Below, piece by piece: positions 19,594 through 30,041 of a stretch of 64,000 bases of DNA (positions are counted from its first letter, which is position 1; every line of letters starts with the position of its first letter). A program made the position numbers and the translations under genes. The notes under the pieces are model-generated. The model searched no databases and was not told the DNA's origin. It saw only the letters and a program-made list of their open reading frames with translations. This DNA comes from Deltaproteobacteria bacterium. Lineage in GTDB: Bacteria; Myxococcota_A; UBA9160; PR03. The DNA lies in the NCBI GenBank assembly GCA_035063765.1, contig JAPSFT010000011.1, positions 64,854 to 128,853 of the forward strand. The letters are read 5' to 3'.

Positions 19594-19848
19594 CTAGGCC
19601 GCCGGCTCGACGCGCGCGGTCACGCGGCCCTTGGAGGGACCGTAGTGCACGACGCCGTCGACCAGCGCGAAGAGCGTGTAGTCGCGGCCCATGCCCACGT
19701 TGCGCCCGGGGTGGATCCGCGTGCCGACCTGGCGGACCAGGATCGTGCCGGCGTTCACCTGCTGGCCGGCATAGCGCTTGACGCCGCGGCGCTGGCCGTT
19801 GCTGTCGCGCCCGTTGCGGGAGCTGCCCTGTCCCTTCTTGTGAGCCAT
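19594..19848 (-). CDS. rpmA: 50S ribosomal protein L27
   Basis: 84 aa, [48 protein letters not shown]. Confidence 0.95.
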   Translation of the reverse strand: MAHKKGQGSSRNGRDSNGQRRGVKRYAGQQVNAGTILVRQVGTRIHPGRNVGMGRDYTLFALVDGVVHYGPSKGRVTARVEPAA

Positions 19849-19858
19849 GGCGCCCCTC

Positions 19859-20170
19859 TCAGCCTTCGATCCGCTCGACGCGGATCTGCGTGTAGCCCTG
19901 GCGATGCCCCTGCTTGCGGCGGTAGCGCTTGCGGCGCTTGTACTTGAAGATCGTGAGCTTCTCGCCGCGCCCGGAGCCCACGATCGTCGCGACCACGCGC
20001 GCGCCGGCCACGTGCGGCGCGCCGACGCGCGGCTCGCCCTCGCCGCCGAGCAGGAGCACCTCGTCGAGGGTCACCTGCTCGCCGACCGCGCCGGGCAGCC
20101 GCTCCACCCAGACCGCCTCGCCGGGCGCGACCCGGATCTGCTTGCCGCCGCTGCGAACGACCGCGTACAT
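19859..20170 (-). CDS. rplU: 50S ribosomal protein L21
   Basis: In frame 19859..20233 I start at ATG 20170 ([18 protein letters not shown]...[28 protein letters not shown]). Confidence 0.95.
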   Translation of the reverse strand: MYAVVRSGGKQIRVAPGEAVWVERLPGAVGEQVTLDEVLLLGGEGEPRVGAPHVAGARVVATIVGSGRGEKLTIFKYKRRKRYRRKQGHRQGYTQIRVERIEG

Positions 20171-20272
20171 GGCGCTTCCATCCTCACCGAGCCTGCTCCT
20201 GCCGAGCTCGCTCGCACCAGGATCCCGTCCCACCGCGCCCGCGCCGACCGCGCGCGGGCGCGAGCCGCGCGC

Positions 20273-22207
20273 TCAGGAGTCCTCGCGCTCGGGCGCCAGC
20301 GAGGCGGGCAGTATCCGGGATTCCCGTTCCCCGTCAACCGATTCCAGGGCTCCGATGCCCGCCTCCCCCGCGGGAGACAGGCTGTTCGCGACCAGGCTCC
20401 GGCGCTCCGCGGGCTCGAGCTCGTCGGCGGGGCCGAGGTGGACGGGATCGGGCTCGGCCCCGGCGCCGTCGGCGCGCGGCGGCGCGGGCTCGCCCTCGCC
20501 CGGCTCGCTCTCGAGCTCGGCCAGCACCACCTCGGGCCGGCCCTCGATCGGACCGGGCAGGGGTGCGGGCTCGGGCACGTCGGGCTCGAAGGGCTCCGAG
20601 ACGAAGACCGGCTCCGGCTCGGGCCCGGCGCCCGCGAGCCCGAGCCAGGGCAGCCGCAGCGACACGGGGGGGCCCGCGTCGAGGGCGACGAGCTCGAAGT
20701 GCTCCTGGTGGACGCCCGGCACGGCGCGCACCTCGATCGCGCGGCCGAGCTGCTGCTCGAGCTCGAGGAGCGCCGCGCGCTCGGTGCCGAGCAGCAGCTC
20801 GGCCACGCGCGGGTGCAGCGCGATCGCGATCCGCCGCCCGCCGAAGCGCGGCAGGTCGTTGCGGATCTCGCGCAGCACCTTGTAGGCGACGCTCTCGCGC
20901 GAGAGCACGTAGCCGCGCCCCTCGCAGTGGGCGCACGGCTCGCAGAGCTGCTGCACCAGGTTCTCGCGCGTGCGCTTGCGGGTCATCTCCACGAGCCCGA
21001 GCTCGGAGATCTTCAGGATGTTGGTCTTGGCCTTGTCCTGGCGCAGCGCCTCCTGGAAGGCGCGGTAGACCTTCTCGCGGTTCTCGGCCGTCTCCATGTC
21101 GATCAGGTCGACGATGATGAGCCCGCCGATGTTGCGGAAGCGGAGCTGGCGCACCACCTCCTTCACCGCCTCGAGGTTGGTCTTGAGCACCGTCTCCTCG
21201 AGGTCGCGCTTGCCGACGTAGCGCCCGGTGTTGACGTCGATCGCGGTCAGCGCCTCGCTCTGGTCGATGATCAGGTAGCCGCCGGACTTGAGCCACACCT
21301 TGCGGCCGAGGTTGGCCTCGATCTCCGCTTCGATCCCGAAGTGGTCGAACATCGGCCGGTTGCCCTGGTAGAGCTCGACGCGCGGCCGCGGCTCGGCGCA
21401 GAAGCGCGCCACGAACGCGTGCATCTCCTCGTACACGGATCGGTTGTCCACCACGATGCGCCGGGTGTCGGAGCCCGCCACGTCGCGCACCACGCGCAGG
21501 GGCAGCGCCGGCTCGGCGTAGAGCACGGCCGGCGCGCGCGCCGTGTCGCGCTGGCTCTGGATCTGCTGCCAGGCCGCCACCAGGTAGCGGACGTCCGCCT
21601 CGAGGTCGGCCTCGCGGGCCCCCTCGCCGGCGGTGCGGATGATGAAGCCGACGTCGCGCGGGCGGACCCGCTCGACGATCTCGCGCAGCCGGCGCCGCTC
21701 GCGGTCCGAGTCGATGCGGCGCGACACGCCCACCCGCGAGCCCGACGGCGTCAGCACCAGGTGGCGGCCTGCGATCGCGACGTGCGAGGTGATGCGCGCG
21801 CCCTTGGTGCCGATCGGCTCCTTGGCCACCTGCACCACGATCTCCTGCCCCTCGGAGAGGATCGTGTCGATCTTCGGGACCTGGCGGCCGGCGCCGTTGC
21901 GGCCCGGCCGGCCACGCCCGCGCCGCCCGCGCGCGGGGCGCGGCGCGTCCTCGTCGTCGCCGAGATCGACGTCGCGGTCGTACTCGAAGTAGTCGCCGGC
22001 GTAGAGGAAGGCGGCCTTGTCGAGGCCGATGTCCACGAAGGAGGCCTGCATGCCCGGGAGCACCCGGGTGACGCGGCCCTTGACCACGCTGCCGACCATG
22101 CTCTGCCCGCCGGCGCGCTCGATCAGGAGCTCGGCGAGGGAGCCTCGTTCCAGGATCGCGACCCGGGTCTCGCCGCGGATCGCGTTGATCAGGATCTCGT
22201 TGTGCAT
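20273..22207 (-). CDS. Rne/Rng family ribonuclease (RNase E/G) with acidic/Pro-rich C-terminal tail
   Basis: 644-aa ORF. It has the S1 domain (VGSVVKGRVTRVLPGMQASFVDIG), the catalytic core (GGYLIIDQSEALTAIDVNTG, GGLIIVDLIDME) and a Zn-link-like CEPCAHCEGRGYV. The last ~150 aa are P/E/A-rich. Confidence 0.9.
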   Translation of the reverse strand: MHNEILINAIRGETRVAILERGSLAELLIERAGGQSMVGSVVKGRVTRVLPGMQASFVDIGLDKAAFLYAGDYFEYDRDVDLGDDEDAPRPARGRRGRGRPGRNGAGRQVPKIDTILSEGQEIVVQVAKEPIGTKGARITSHVAIAGRHLVLTPSGSRVGVSRRIDSDRERRRLREIVERVRPRDVGFIIRTAGEGAREADLEADVRYLVAAWQQIQSQRDTARAPAVLYAEPALPLRVVRDVAGSDTRRIVVDNRSVYEEMHAFVARFCAEPRPRVELYQGNRPMFDHFGIEAEIEANLGRKVWLKSGGYLIIDQSEALTAIDVNTGRYVGKRDLEETVLKTNLEAVKEVVRQLRFRNIGGLIIVDLIDMETAENREKVYRAFQEALRQDKAKTNILKISELGLVEMTRKRTRENLVQQLCEPCAHCEGRGYVLSRESVAYKVLREIRNDLPRFGGRRIAIALHPRVAELLLGTERAALLELEQQLGRAIEVRAVPGVHQEHFELVALDAGPPVSLRLPWLGLAGAGPEPEPVFVSEPFEPDVPEPAPLPGPIEGRPEVVLAELESEPGEGEPAPPRADGAGAEPDPVHLGPADELEPAERRSLVANSLSPAGEAGIGALESVDGERESRILPASLAPEREDS

Positions 22208-22969
22208 CGTTCCGGCCTGGCTGGCGAGCCGGCACGGACAACGGGGGAGGTCGCGTTTCCTCCGGCCCGCGGGCCGGCAGGAGTCTCGGGGTGCAGATCC
22301 GCGCGCGAGAGCCGGCTAGCGGCCTCCCGCGCCGGTCGGCAAGGCGCCCGGCCCGGGCCCGAGGGCCGGAGCCGTCCCGCGCCTGCCGGACGGGCGTCGA
22401 TCGCGTTCTCTCGTTGTCCCGGCGGGCACCGGAGCGCCCGGTAGATCGACTCGCACTGGGTGTCTCGAACCGTTTTTCGACGGTGGCGCCGGGCTTGGCC
22501 TCTGCGTTCTGGCTCGGCCTTCTGGATCCAGGCTGCGGGCGCGCTGCACCCCGATGCCCGTCGGCCCGGCCCGGCGCCCGGCGGGACCCCATGCCCCACC
22601 CCGCGCCGGAGATGCCTGGATCCACCCGTTCGGAACCACCGACAAAACCCGGCCTACGATCCCCCATCGAGCCTCCGAGTGCAACCACGGAAACGAAGCT
22701 CCCGCCCCGCAGGGTGGGCGCTGCGGCGGTGCCCCGGCCGGTCCCTTCTCCGCGTGGCGAGGCGGCGCGCCGGGCCGATGCGCGCAGCAGCCGGCGGACC
22801 GCGCCGCCGCGCGTGCCGTGCAGGCGGGAACGAGGCGCGCAGCGCGGCCCACTCGCGCACGCAGCGCAGCGCCGGAAGGAACGGCAAGCGATGCGCAATG
22901 CCGCCACACCGCAGGTTCCGATTGATGGCGATCTTCGCTTGGGATACCGTGCCGGCGCCCCGGGTCGTG

Positions 22970-23620
22970 ATGCTGAACGCGTCGGTACTGGTCCTCAATC
23001 GCTCGTATCTGCCGATCCACGTGACGTCGGCACGGAGAGCGTTTTCCCTCGTGTACCAGGGTTTTGCGCGGGTGGTCGACGCGGAGCACCGCACCTTCGC
23101 CTTCGAGGAGTGGACCGAGCTGCGCGTGATCGGCGGGCACGACGGGGTCGGGACGAGCCGCGGGCGGGTCCGGCTCCCGCGCGTGATCGTGCTCACCGTC
23201 TTCGACCGCATGCCGCGCCGCCACGTCCGCTTCAGCCGCTCCAACGTGATGACCCGCGACGCCTTCACCTGCCAGTACTGTGGTGTGCGGCCGCCGCGAT
23301 CGGAGCTGAACCTCGACCACGTGGTGCCGCGCGCGCACGGCGGGCGCAGCACGTGGGAGAACGTGGTCGCGAGCTGCGTCGCCTGCAATCGCAGCAAGGG
23401 CGGGCGCACGCCCGAGCAGGCCGGCCTGCGCCTGCGCCGGCCGCCGTCGCGCCCGCGCTGGACGCCGCTGGCGGCCCTGCCCCTCGCGAGCGCCCGCCAC
23501 GAGGAGTGGCGGCCCTTCCTGCGCGTGGTCGACGGGCGCGGGGGCGCGAGCCTCCCGGGTCATCCCGGGAGCCCCCTGGGTCATCAGGCCAGCCCCCTGG
23601 GTCGCGGGACCCGCGCGTGA
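22970..23620 (+). CDS. HNH endonuclease family protein
   Basis: In frame 22460..23620 I start at ATG 22970 (MLNASVLVLNRSYLPIHV...); ATG 22925 is an alternative. The HNH core is FTCQYCGVRPPRSELNLDHVVPRAHGGRSTWENVVASCVACNRSKG. Confidence 0.75.
   Translation: MLNASVLVLNRSYLPIHVTSARRAFSLVYQGFARVVDAEHRTFAFEEWTELRVIGGHDGVGTSRGRVRLPRVIVLTVFDRMPRRHVRFSRSNVMTRDAFTCQYCGVRPPRSELNLDHVVPRAHGGRSTWENVVASCVACNRSKGGRTPEQAGLRLRRPPSRPRWTPLAALPLASARHEEWRPFLRVVDGRGGASLPGHPGSPLGHQASPLGRGTRA
23550..23612 (+). repeat. 3 x 21-bp in-frame tandem repeat at the 3' end of the HNH gene
   Basis: The units are gcctcccgggtcatcccggga, gccccctgggtcatcaggcca and gccccctgggtcgcgggaccc. They encode SLPGHPG/SPLGHQA/SPLGRGT. Confidence 0.8.
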
Positions 23621-24660
23621 GGCCGAGCCCGCTCGGGCAGGGGAGGCTGCCCGGCCGCGCCGGCGAGCGCCCGGGCGTCCTGCGTCCGGGGGGGCCGCGC
23701 CTGCTGGCGGTCGGCGGCGGCAAGGGCGGCGTCGGCAAGACCATGCTCGCGGCCAACCTGGCCGCGGCGATGGCCCGCGCCGGCCAGCGCGTGATCGCGG
23801 TCGACACCGACCTCGAAGGCGCGAACCTCCACACCGCGCTCGGCGTGCCGGCGCCGCGGACGAGCCTCGCCGAGTTCGTGGCGCGCCGCGAGCTCGACCT
23901 CGAGCGCCTCGTCGCCGACACCCCGATCGCCGGGCTGCGCCTGATCGCGGGCACCCAGAGCCACCTCGGCCTCGCCCAGCCGCGCCACTTCCGGCGCGTC
24001 GAGCTGCTCGCCAAGCTGCGCAAGCTGCCCGCCGACTGGGTGCTCGTCGACCTCGGTGCGGGCACCCACCCGTCGGTGATGGACTACTTCCTGGTGGGCG
24101 ACGACGGGGTGCTCGTGATGACGCCCGAGCCGACCTCGGTCGAGAACGCCTACGCCTTCCTGCGGGCGGCCTTCTACCGCCGGCTGCGGCTCGCGATGAC
24201 CGGCGAGGCGGCCCGCAAGCTCGTGAACCAGGCGATGGACCAGGGTAACGAGCGCGGCATCCGCACGCCGCTCGACCTGCTGCGCGCCGTGCGCGAGAGC
24301 TCGCCGAGCGAGGGGGAGCGCTTCGTCGCGGCCGTGCAGGGCTTCCGCCCGCGCCTCGTCGTGAACGGCGTCCGGACCAGTGACGACGTGAAGCTCGGCT
24401 TCGCCGTCCGCAGCGTGTGTCGCAAGTACTTCGGGCTCGAGGCCGAGTACCTGGGCTACGTGAACCACGACGACGCCGTGGCGGAGGCGATCCGCGCGCG
24501 CCAGCCGGTGGTCGTGAGCCACCCGCAGGCCGATGCGTCGGTGTACCTGACGCGCATCGCCCGCAAGCTGATCGACGATCGAGCGCGGGAGGGGACGGGA
24601 CGGGGGCGGCCGGCGCCGCGCCCGCACGCGTCCTCCCCCGCACCGCGCCCGCCGCTCTAG
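23617..24660 (+). CDS. MinD/ParA-family P-loop ATPase
   Basis: In frame 22291..24660 I start at GTG 23617, which overlaps the HNH stop (GTGA). It has a deviant Walker A LLAVGGGKGGVGKTMLAANLA, then VIAVDTDLEGANLH and WVLVDLGAGTH. Later candidate starts are possible. Confidence 0.8.
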   Translation: MRPSPLGQGRLPGRAGERPGVLRPGGPRLLAVGGGKGGVGKTMLAANLAAAMARAGQRVIAVDTDLEGANLHTALGVPAPRTSLAEFVARRELDLERLVADTPIAGLRLIAGTQSHLGLAQPRHFRRVELLAKLRKLPADWVLVDLGAGTHPSVMDYFLVGDDGVLVMTPEPTSVENAYAFLRAAFYRRLRLAMTGEAARKLVNQAMDQGNERGIRTPLDLLRAVRESSPSEGERFVAAVQGFRPRLVVNGVRTSDDVKLGFAVRSVCRKYFGLEAEYLGYVNHDDAVAEAIRARQPVVVSHPQADASVYLTRIARKLIDDRAREGTGRGRPAPRPHASSPAPRPPL

Positions 24661-24678
24661 AACCCGGGGCCCCTCTCG

Positions 24679-25530
24679 ATGATGAAGTCGCTGTCGGAGC
24701 TGGATCACTACGAGGTGCTCGAGGTGGCGCGCGGCGCGCGCCCCGACGAGATCGAGCGCGCCTTCACGCTGGTGCGCGGCGCCTACGAGGGCGACGCGCT
24801 CGCCGCCTACTCGGTGATCCCGCCCGACGAGGCGAAGCTGTGGCGCGAGCGGATCGACGAGGCCTTCCGGGTGCTCTCGGACCCTGCCGCGCGCAGCGCC
24901 TACGACGACGCGCTCGCCGCCGCCCCGGCCGGGTTCGCGTCCGTGCCCGCCGATCCGGTCGCGGTGCCCTCGGATCCGGCCGCCGTGCCCTTCGACGCGG
25001 AGACCGATCCCTTCGCGGACGCGGCCGGCTCCGGCGAGCGGCCGCCCGCCGCGCGGGGCTTTGCCGAGGCGGCCGCCGGGGTGCTCGACCGCGCGCCCCT
25101 GCCCGCCGCGCCCGATGCGCCGCCCGTCTCGCTCGCGGCGACCCACGCCGCGCGCCCGCTGCGCTTCGAGGAGCCGCGGCGCGAGGGATCCTTGCCGCGC
25201 GAGCTCGAGGCCTTCGACGAAGCCGGCGACGACGAAGGCGCCGAGTGGACCGGGCCCCGCCTGCGCCGCGCGCGCATCCTGCGCGGCCTCGAGATCGACG
25301 ACGTGGCCGCCGTCACCAAGGTGAACCCGACCTATCTGCGCTTCCTCGAGGAGGAGCGCTTCGACGGCCTGCCCGCGCTCGTCTACGTGCGCGGCTTCGT
25401 GAGCGCCTACGCGCGCATGCTCGGGATCGAGTCCGCGCAGGTCGCGCCGAGCTACGCGGCGCGCTACGAGGAGCATCGCCGCCAGCAGCACGCGCGCGGG
25501 CGCCCCCACGGCCGCAGCCAGGGCCGCTGA
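24679..25530 (+). CDS. J-domain-like / RodZ-like helix-turn-helix protein
   Basis: 283-aa ORF. The N-terminus DHYEVLEVARGARPDEIERAF...IDEAFRVLSDPAARSAYDD resembles a J domain but lacks HPD. The C-terminus LRRARILRGLEIDDVAAVTKVNPTYLRFLEEERFDGLPALVYVRGFVSAYARMLG resembles the RodZ/HTH_25 N-domain. Confidence 0.6.
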   Translation: MMKSLSELDHYEVLEVARGARPDEIERAFTLVRGAYEGDALAAYSVIPPDEAKLWRERIDEAFRVLSDPAARSAYDDALAAAPAGFASVPADPVAVPSDPAAVPFDAETDPFADAAGSGERPPAARGFAEAAAGVLDRAPLPAAPDAPPVSLAATHAARPLRFEEPRREGSLPRELEAFDEAGDDEGAEWTGPRLRRARILRGLEIDDVAAVTKVNPTYLRFLEEERFDGLPALVYVRGFVSAYARMLGIESAQVAPSYAARYEEHRRQQHARGRPHGRSQGR

Positions 25531-25539
25531 GCCGGGGCC

Positions 25540-26514
25540 ATGCTGCGCTTCGTGGCGTCCGAGCTCGAGGCGGGCCGGCGCCTCGACGTGGCGCTCGCGG
25601 AGCTGGCCGCCGTCCCGCGCGCCCGGGCCCAGCGCTGGATCGAGGCGGGCCTCGTGCGCGTGGCGGGCGCCCCCGCGCGCGCCGCGCAGCGCGTGCGCGC
25701 GGGCGATGCGATCGAGGCCGACCCGCCCGAGGCGGTGGCGCCCTCGCTCGAGCCCGAGGCGATCCCGCTCGCGATCCTCCACGAGGACGCCGACCTGATC
25801 GTGATCGACAAGCCGCCGGGGCTCGTCGTCCATCCCGCCCCCGGCCACCCGCGCGGGACGCTCGTGAACGCGCTCCTGCACCACTGCCGCGACCTGGCCG
25901 GGATCGGGGGCGTCCTGCGCCCGGGGATCGTGCACCGGCTCGACCAGGGCACCTCGGGCGTGCTGGTCGCAGCCAAGCACGACGCCGCCCACCTGGCGCT
26001 GGCCGCCCAGTTCCGCGAGCACACGGTCGAGCGCGTGTACCTGGCGCTGGTGCGGGGTGTCCCGGGCGCCGCCGGCGGGAGCGTCGACCGCCCCGTCGGC
26101 CGCCACCCCCAGGATCGCAAGCGGATGTCGGTGCGCACCGGCGCCGGCCGCGCGGCCCGGACCGATTGGCGGGTCGCGCGCCGCTTCGCGGCGAGCGGCG
26201 TGTCGCTGCTCGAGGTCCGGCCTGCCACCGGGCGCACGCACCAGATCCGGGTGCACCTGGCCTCGATCGGGCTCCCGATCGTCGGCGATCCGGTGTACGG
26301 GCGCCGGCAGGCCGGGCGAGCCCCCTCTGCGGACGGTGCCGCAGGCTCCTCGGCGGGCGCCGCCTTCGGCCTCGCGCGGCCGGCGCTGCACGCGCAGGTG
26401 CTCGGCTTCGACCACCCGCGCAGCGGCGCGCGCCTGCGCTTCGAGGCGCCGCCGCCCGCGGACCTTGCCGCCGCGCTCGCGGCGCTCGGCGCGCGCGAAG
26501 GAGCGGCCGCGTGA
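25540..26514 (+). CDS. rluD: RluA-family 23S rRNA pseudouridine synthase (RluD-like)
   Basis: 324-aa ORF. It has an S4-like N-terminus (RLDVALAEL...RAQRWIEAGLVRV), then LIVIDKPPGLVVHPAPGH, the catalytic HRLDQGTSGVLVAAK, and TGRTHQIRVHL. Confidence 0.9.
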   Translation: MLRFVASELEAGRRLDVALAELAAVPRARAQRWIEAGLVRVAGAPARAAQRVRAGDAIEADPPEAVAPSLEPEAIPLAILHEDADLIVIDKPPGLVVHPAPGHPRGTLVNALLHHCRDLAGIGGVLRPGIVHRLDQGTSGVLVAAKHDAAHLALAAQFREHTVERVYLALVRGVPGAAGGSVDRPVGRHPQDRKRMSVRTGAGRAARTDWRVARRFAASGVSLLEVRPATGRTHQIRVHLASIGLPIVGDPVYGRRQAGRAPSADGAAGSSAGAAFGLARPALHAQVLGFDHPRSGARLRFEAPPPADLAAALAALGAREGAAA

Positions 26515-27236
26515 GCGCCGGAACTCCCGCGGCGGGCTGGCTCACCCATCCCCTGCTCGGTGCCGCCGCCGCGCACGGCTTCGGCACGCGCGGGTGCCGG
26601 CCGCCCGCGGCGCTGCTGCGCGCGCGCCAGGTGCACGGCACGCGCGTGGTCGTGCTGCGCCGCGGCGGCCCGCCGCCCGCCGATCCCGGCGAGGCGGACG
26701 CGCTCGTCTCCGAGCGGGCATCGCTCCCGATCGGTGTCGTCACCGCGGATTGTCTGCCGATCCTGGTCGCGACGCCGGCGGGCCGCGTGGCGGCGGTGCA
26801 CGCCGGCTGGCGCGGGCTCGCGGCGGGCGTGATCGGCGAGGCCCTGGCGGCGCTCGCGTCCCTCGCGCCCGAAGGCGTGGCGGGGGGCGCGGCGGTGATC
26901 GGCCCGCGCGTCGGGGCGGGCTGCTACGAGGTGGACGAGCCGGTCGTGGCGGCGCTGGCGCGGCGCTTCGCGGGCGCGCTCGACGCGGCGCTCGTGCCGG
27001 TGCGCGCCGGCCACTGGCAGCTCGACCTGGCGGCGCTCGCGCGCGTGGACCTGGTGCGCGCCGGCCTCGCGGCGGACCGCGTCCGCGCGCTCGCGAACGC
27101 CTGCACCTCGTGCGACGAGCGGCGTTTCCACAGCTACCGGCGTGACGGTCCGGGCTCCGGCCGGCTCTTCCACTGGATCGCCGCGCGCGGCGCAGGCCCG
27201 GACATCGGCCTTGACACGCCAATCGGGCCGGCATAG
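26511..27236 (+). CDS. pgeF: Peptidoglycan editing factor PgeF / YfiH (DUF152, laccase-domain) family
   Basis: In frame 24417..27236 I start at GTG 26511, which overlaps the rluD stop (GTGA). Motifs are QVHGTRVV, TADCLPIL, AVHAGWRGLAAGV, GAGCYEV and FHSYRRDG. Confidence 0.85.
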   Translation: MSAGTPAAGWLTHPLLGAAAAHGFGTRGCRPPAALLRARQVHGTRVVVLRRGGPPPADPGEADALVSERASLPIGVVTADCLPILVATPAGRVAAVHAGWRGLAAGVIGEALAALASLAPEGVAGGAAVIGPRVGAGCYEVDEPVVAALARRFAGALDAALVPVRAGHWQLDLAALARVDLVRAGLAADRVRALANACTSCDERRFHSYRRDGPGSGRLFHWIAARGAGPDIGLDTPIGPA

Positions 27237-27716
27237 GCTGCTCGTCGCTCGCTCCCGACGCGCTCCGCGCCGTCTCCCCCGCCCAGGTCCGTCGTGCTGG
27301 CCAGTCGTACCGGTCGGCCGTGTCTGCCAGGCGCCCGGCGATCAGCGCTCAACCTCCGGGAGCGACGTTCCGAACGAAAGAGGGAAGCCAGACCCTTCGG
27401 ACCTCCACGTACCGCCAAGCGTCGTGCATGGCCGCCAGGCCCGACGCCGGTCCCGGCCGGACGCCGGTTCCGAGAGATGGAACGTCGCCGGCCGCTCCGG
27501 ATCGCGCCCTCCACGCCCGGTGAGCCACCCGGCGCACGAATCCGCGAGTCCATCGCGAGCCCCACGAACCAAGACCACGAGCCAAGACGACGCATCGGGA
27601 CCACGAGCCACGAGTCGGCAAGCCGACGGACGACCGAGACGGCCGACCCTCCCACCCCGAACGCACCCCCTGGATCTCCAACCCTGGACGAACGAGCGAA
27701 GAGGCGACCCGTGAGC

Positions 27717-29156
<1,440 letters not shown>

Positions 29157-29215
29157 GACAGGGCCGGCGCGAGCGCTCCGTCACCACCGCGGGTACGGGC
29201 GAGCGGGGCCCGGTG

Positions 29216-29710
29216 TCAGGGCGCGGTCGAGGGCGGCGCGAGCTGCATCGCCTGCACGTCGCGGTTGCCCGTCGGCGGATCCATCGGGACGAGCGTCGCG
29301 CGCACCATCCCGGGCGGCGCCTCGACGAGCAGCTGCACGTACGCGGTCTGGCCCGCCCGGAGCGGCACCGTCGCGTTGCCGCTGTCGCCCTGGGTGCCGA
29401 AGGCGGCGTCGCGCTCCTCCGTCCCGATCGTGAGCACGTGCAGGCCCGGCGGCCGCTCGGCGACCAGGAAGGTGAGCTCGCGCGAGCGCCCGATCGGCGC
29501 GCCGTCGACGAGCACCTCGGGGTGCCACTCGAGGGCCTCGTCGCGCACCGCGCCGTAGACGACGATCCGGCCCTGGCCCGCCGGTGGGGGCCCGCTCTGT
29601 GCGACCCACTCGGGCCAGGTCGGCAGCGCGGTGCCGCCGCCCGCGGAGCCGGCGCAGCCCAGGGCCAGGGCGGCAGCGATCGCGAGGCAGGCGAGGAGCG
29701 GTCTGCGCAT
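29216..29710 (-). CDS. Putative lipoprotein (DUF2846-like?)
   Basis: 164-aa ORF with the lipobox MRRPLLACLAIAAALALGC. The family assignment is tentative. Confidence 0.6.
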   Translation of the reverse strand: MRRPLLACLAIAAALALGCAGSAGGGTALPTWPEWVAQSGPPPAGQGRIVVYGAVRDEALEWHPEVLVDGAPIGRSRELTFLVAERPPGLHVLTIGTEERDAAFGTQGDSGNATVPLRAGQTAYVQLLVEAPPGMVRATLVPMDPPTGNRDVQAMQLAPPSTAP

Positions 29711-29755
29711 CCGCCCACGCTAGCGCGGGATCCGATGCGCCGTGCCCCGCCCGCC

Positions 29756-29846
29756 GCTTCCGTTCGTCAGGTGCGCCCCACCGCGGCTTCCGTTCGTCAG
29801 GTGCGCCCCACTCGCGGCTTCCGTTCGTCAGGTGCGCCCCACCGCG
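29756..29846. repeat. 3 x 30/31-bp perfect-to-near-perfect tandem direct repeat in the divergent lipoprotein/prfA intergenic region
   Basis: The unit gcttccgttcgtcaggtgcgccccac(t)cgcg is read three times head to tail (29756-29785, 29786-29816, 29817-29846). A partial cgcttcgc follows. Confidence 0.9.
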
Positions 29847-30041
29847 CGCTTCGCTATCTCCCCGCCGTGACGACGTTCCCCAGCCACGGCCCGCTCGCCT
29901 CCGCCTCCCCGCGGCATCACCACGCGGCGCACTAGCGCCCCTCCCGTGGCCCCGCGGGGCCTTCTGTCGTCGCCTCCGCCTCCCACCCCCGACCGTCCGA
30001 ACCCACCCCCCGACCGACCGAGTGGGGTTTCCGAGCGCCGC

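Noticed and set aside
22208-22969. Known structured RNA (RNase P RNA, riboswitch, tmRNA) in the long gap upstream of rne
   Set aside because: I looked on both strands for hallmark strings (for example GGAAAGTCCGG and ACAGAA..GGCTTA of RNase P) and did not find them. The region is kept only as a possible leader. An Infernal scan is required.
29756-29846. Possible CRISPR array
   Set aside because: The 30/31-bp units are directly abutting with no spacers, there are only three copies, and no cas genes are nearby. I call it a tandem repeat instead. I saw no CRISPR-like repeat-spacer pattern anywhere else in the window.
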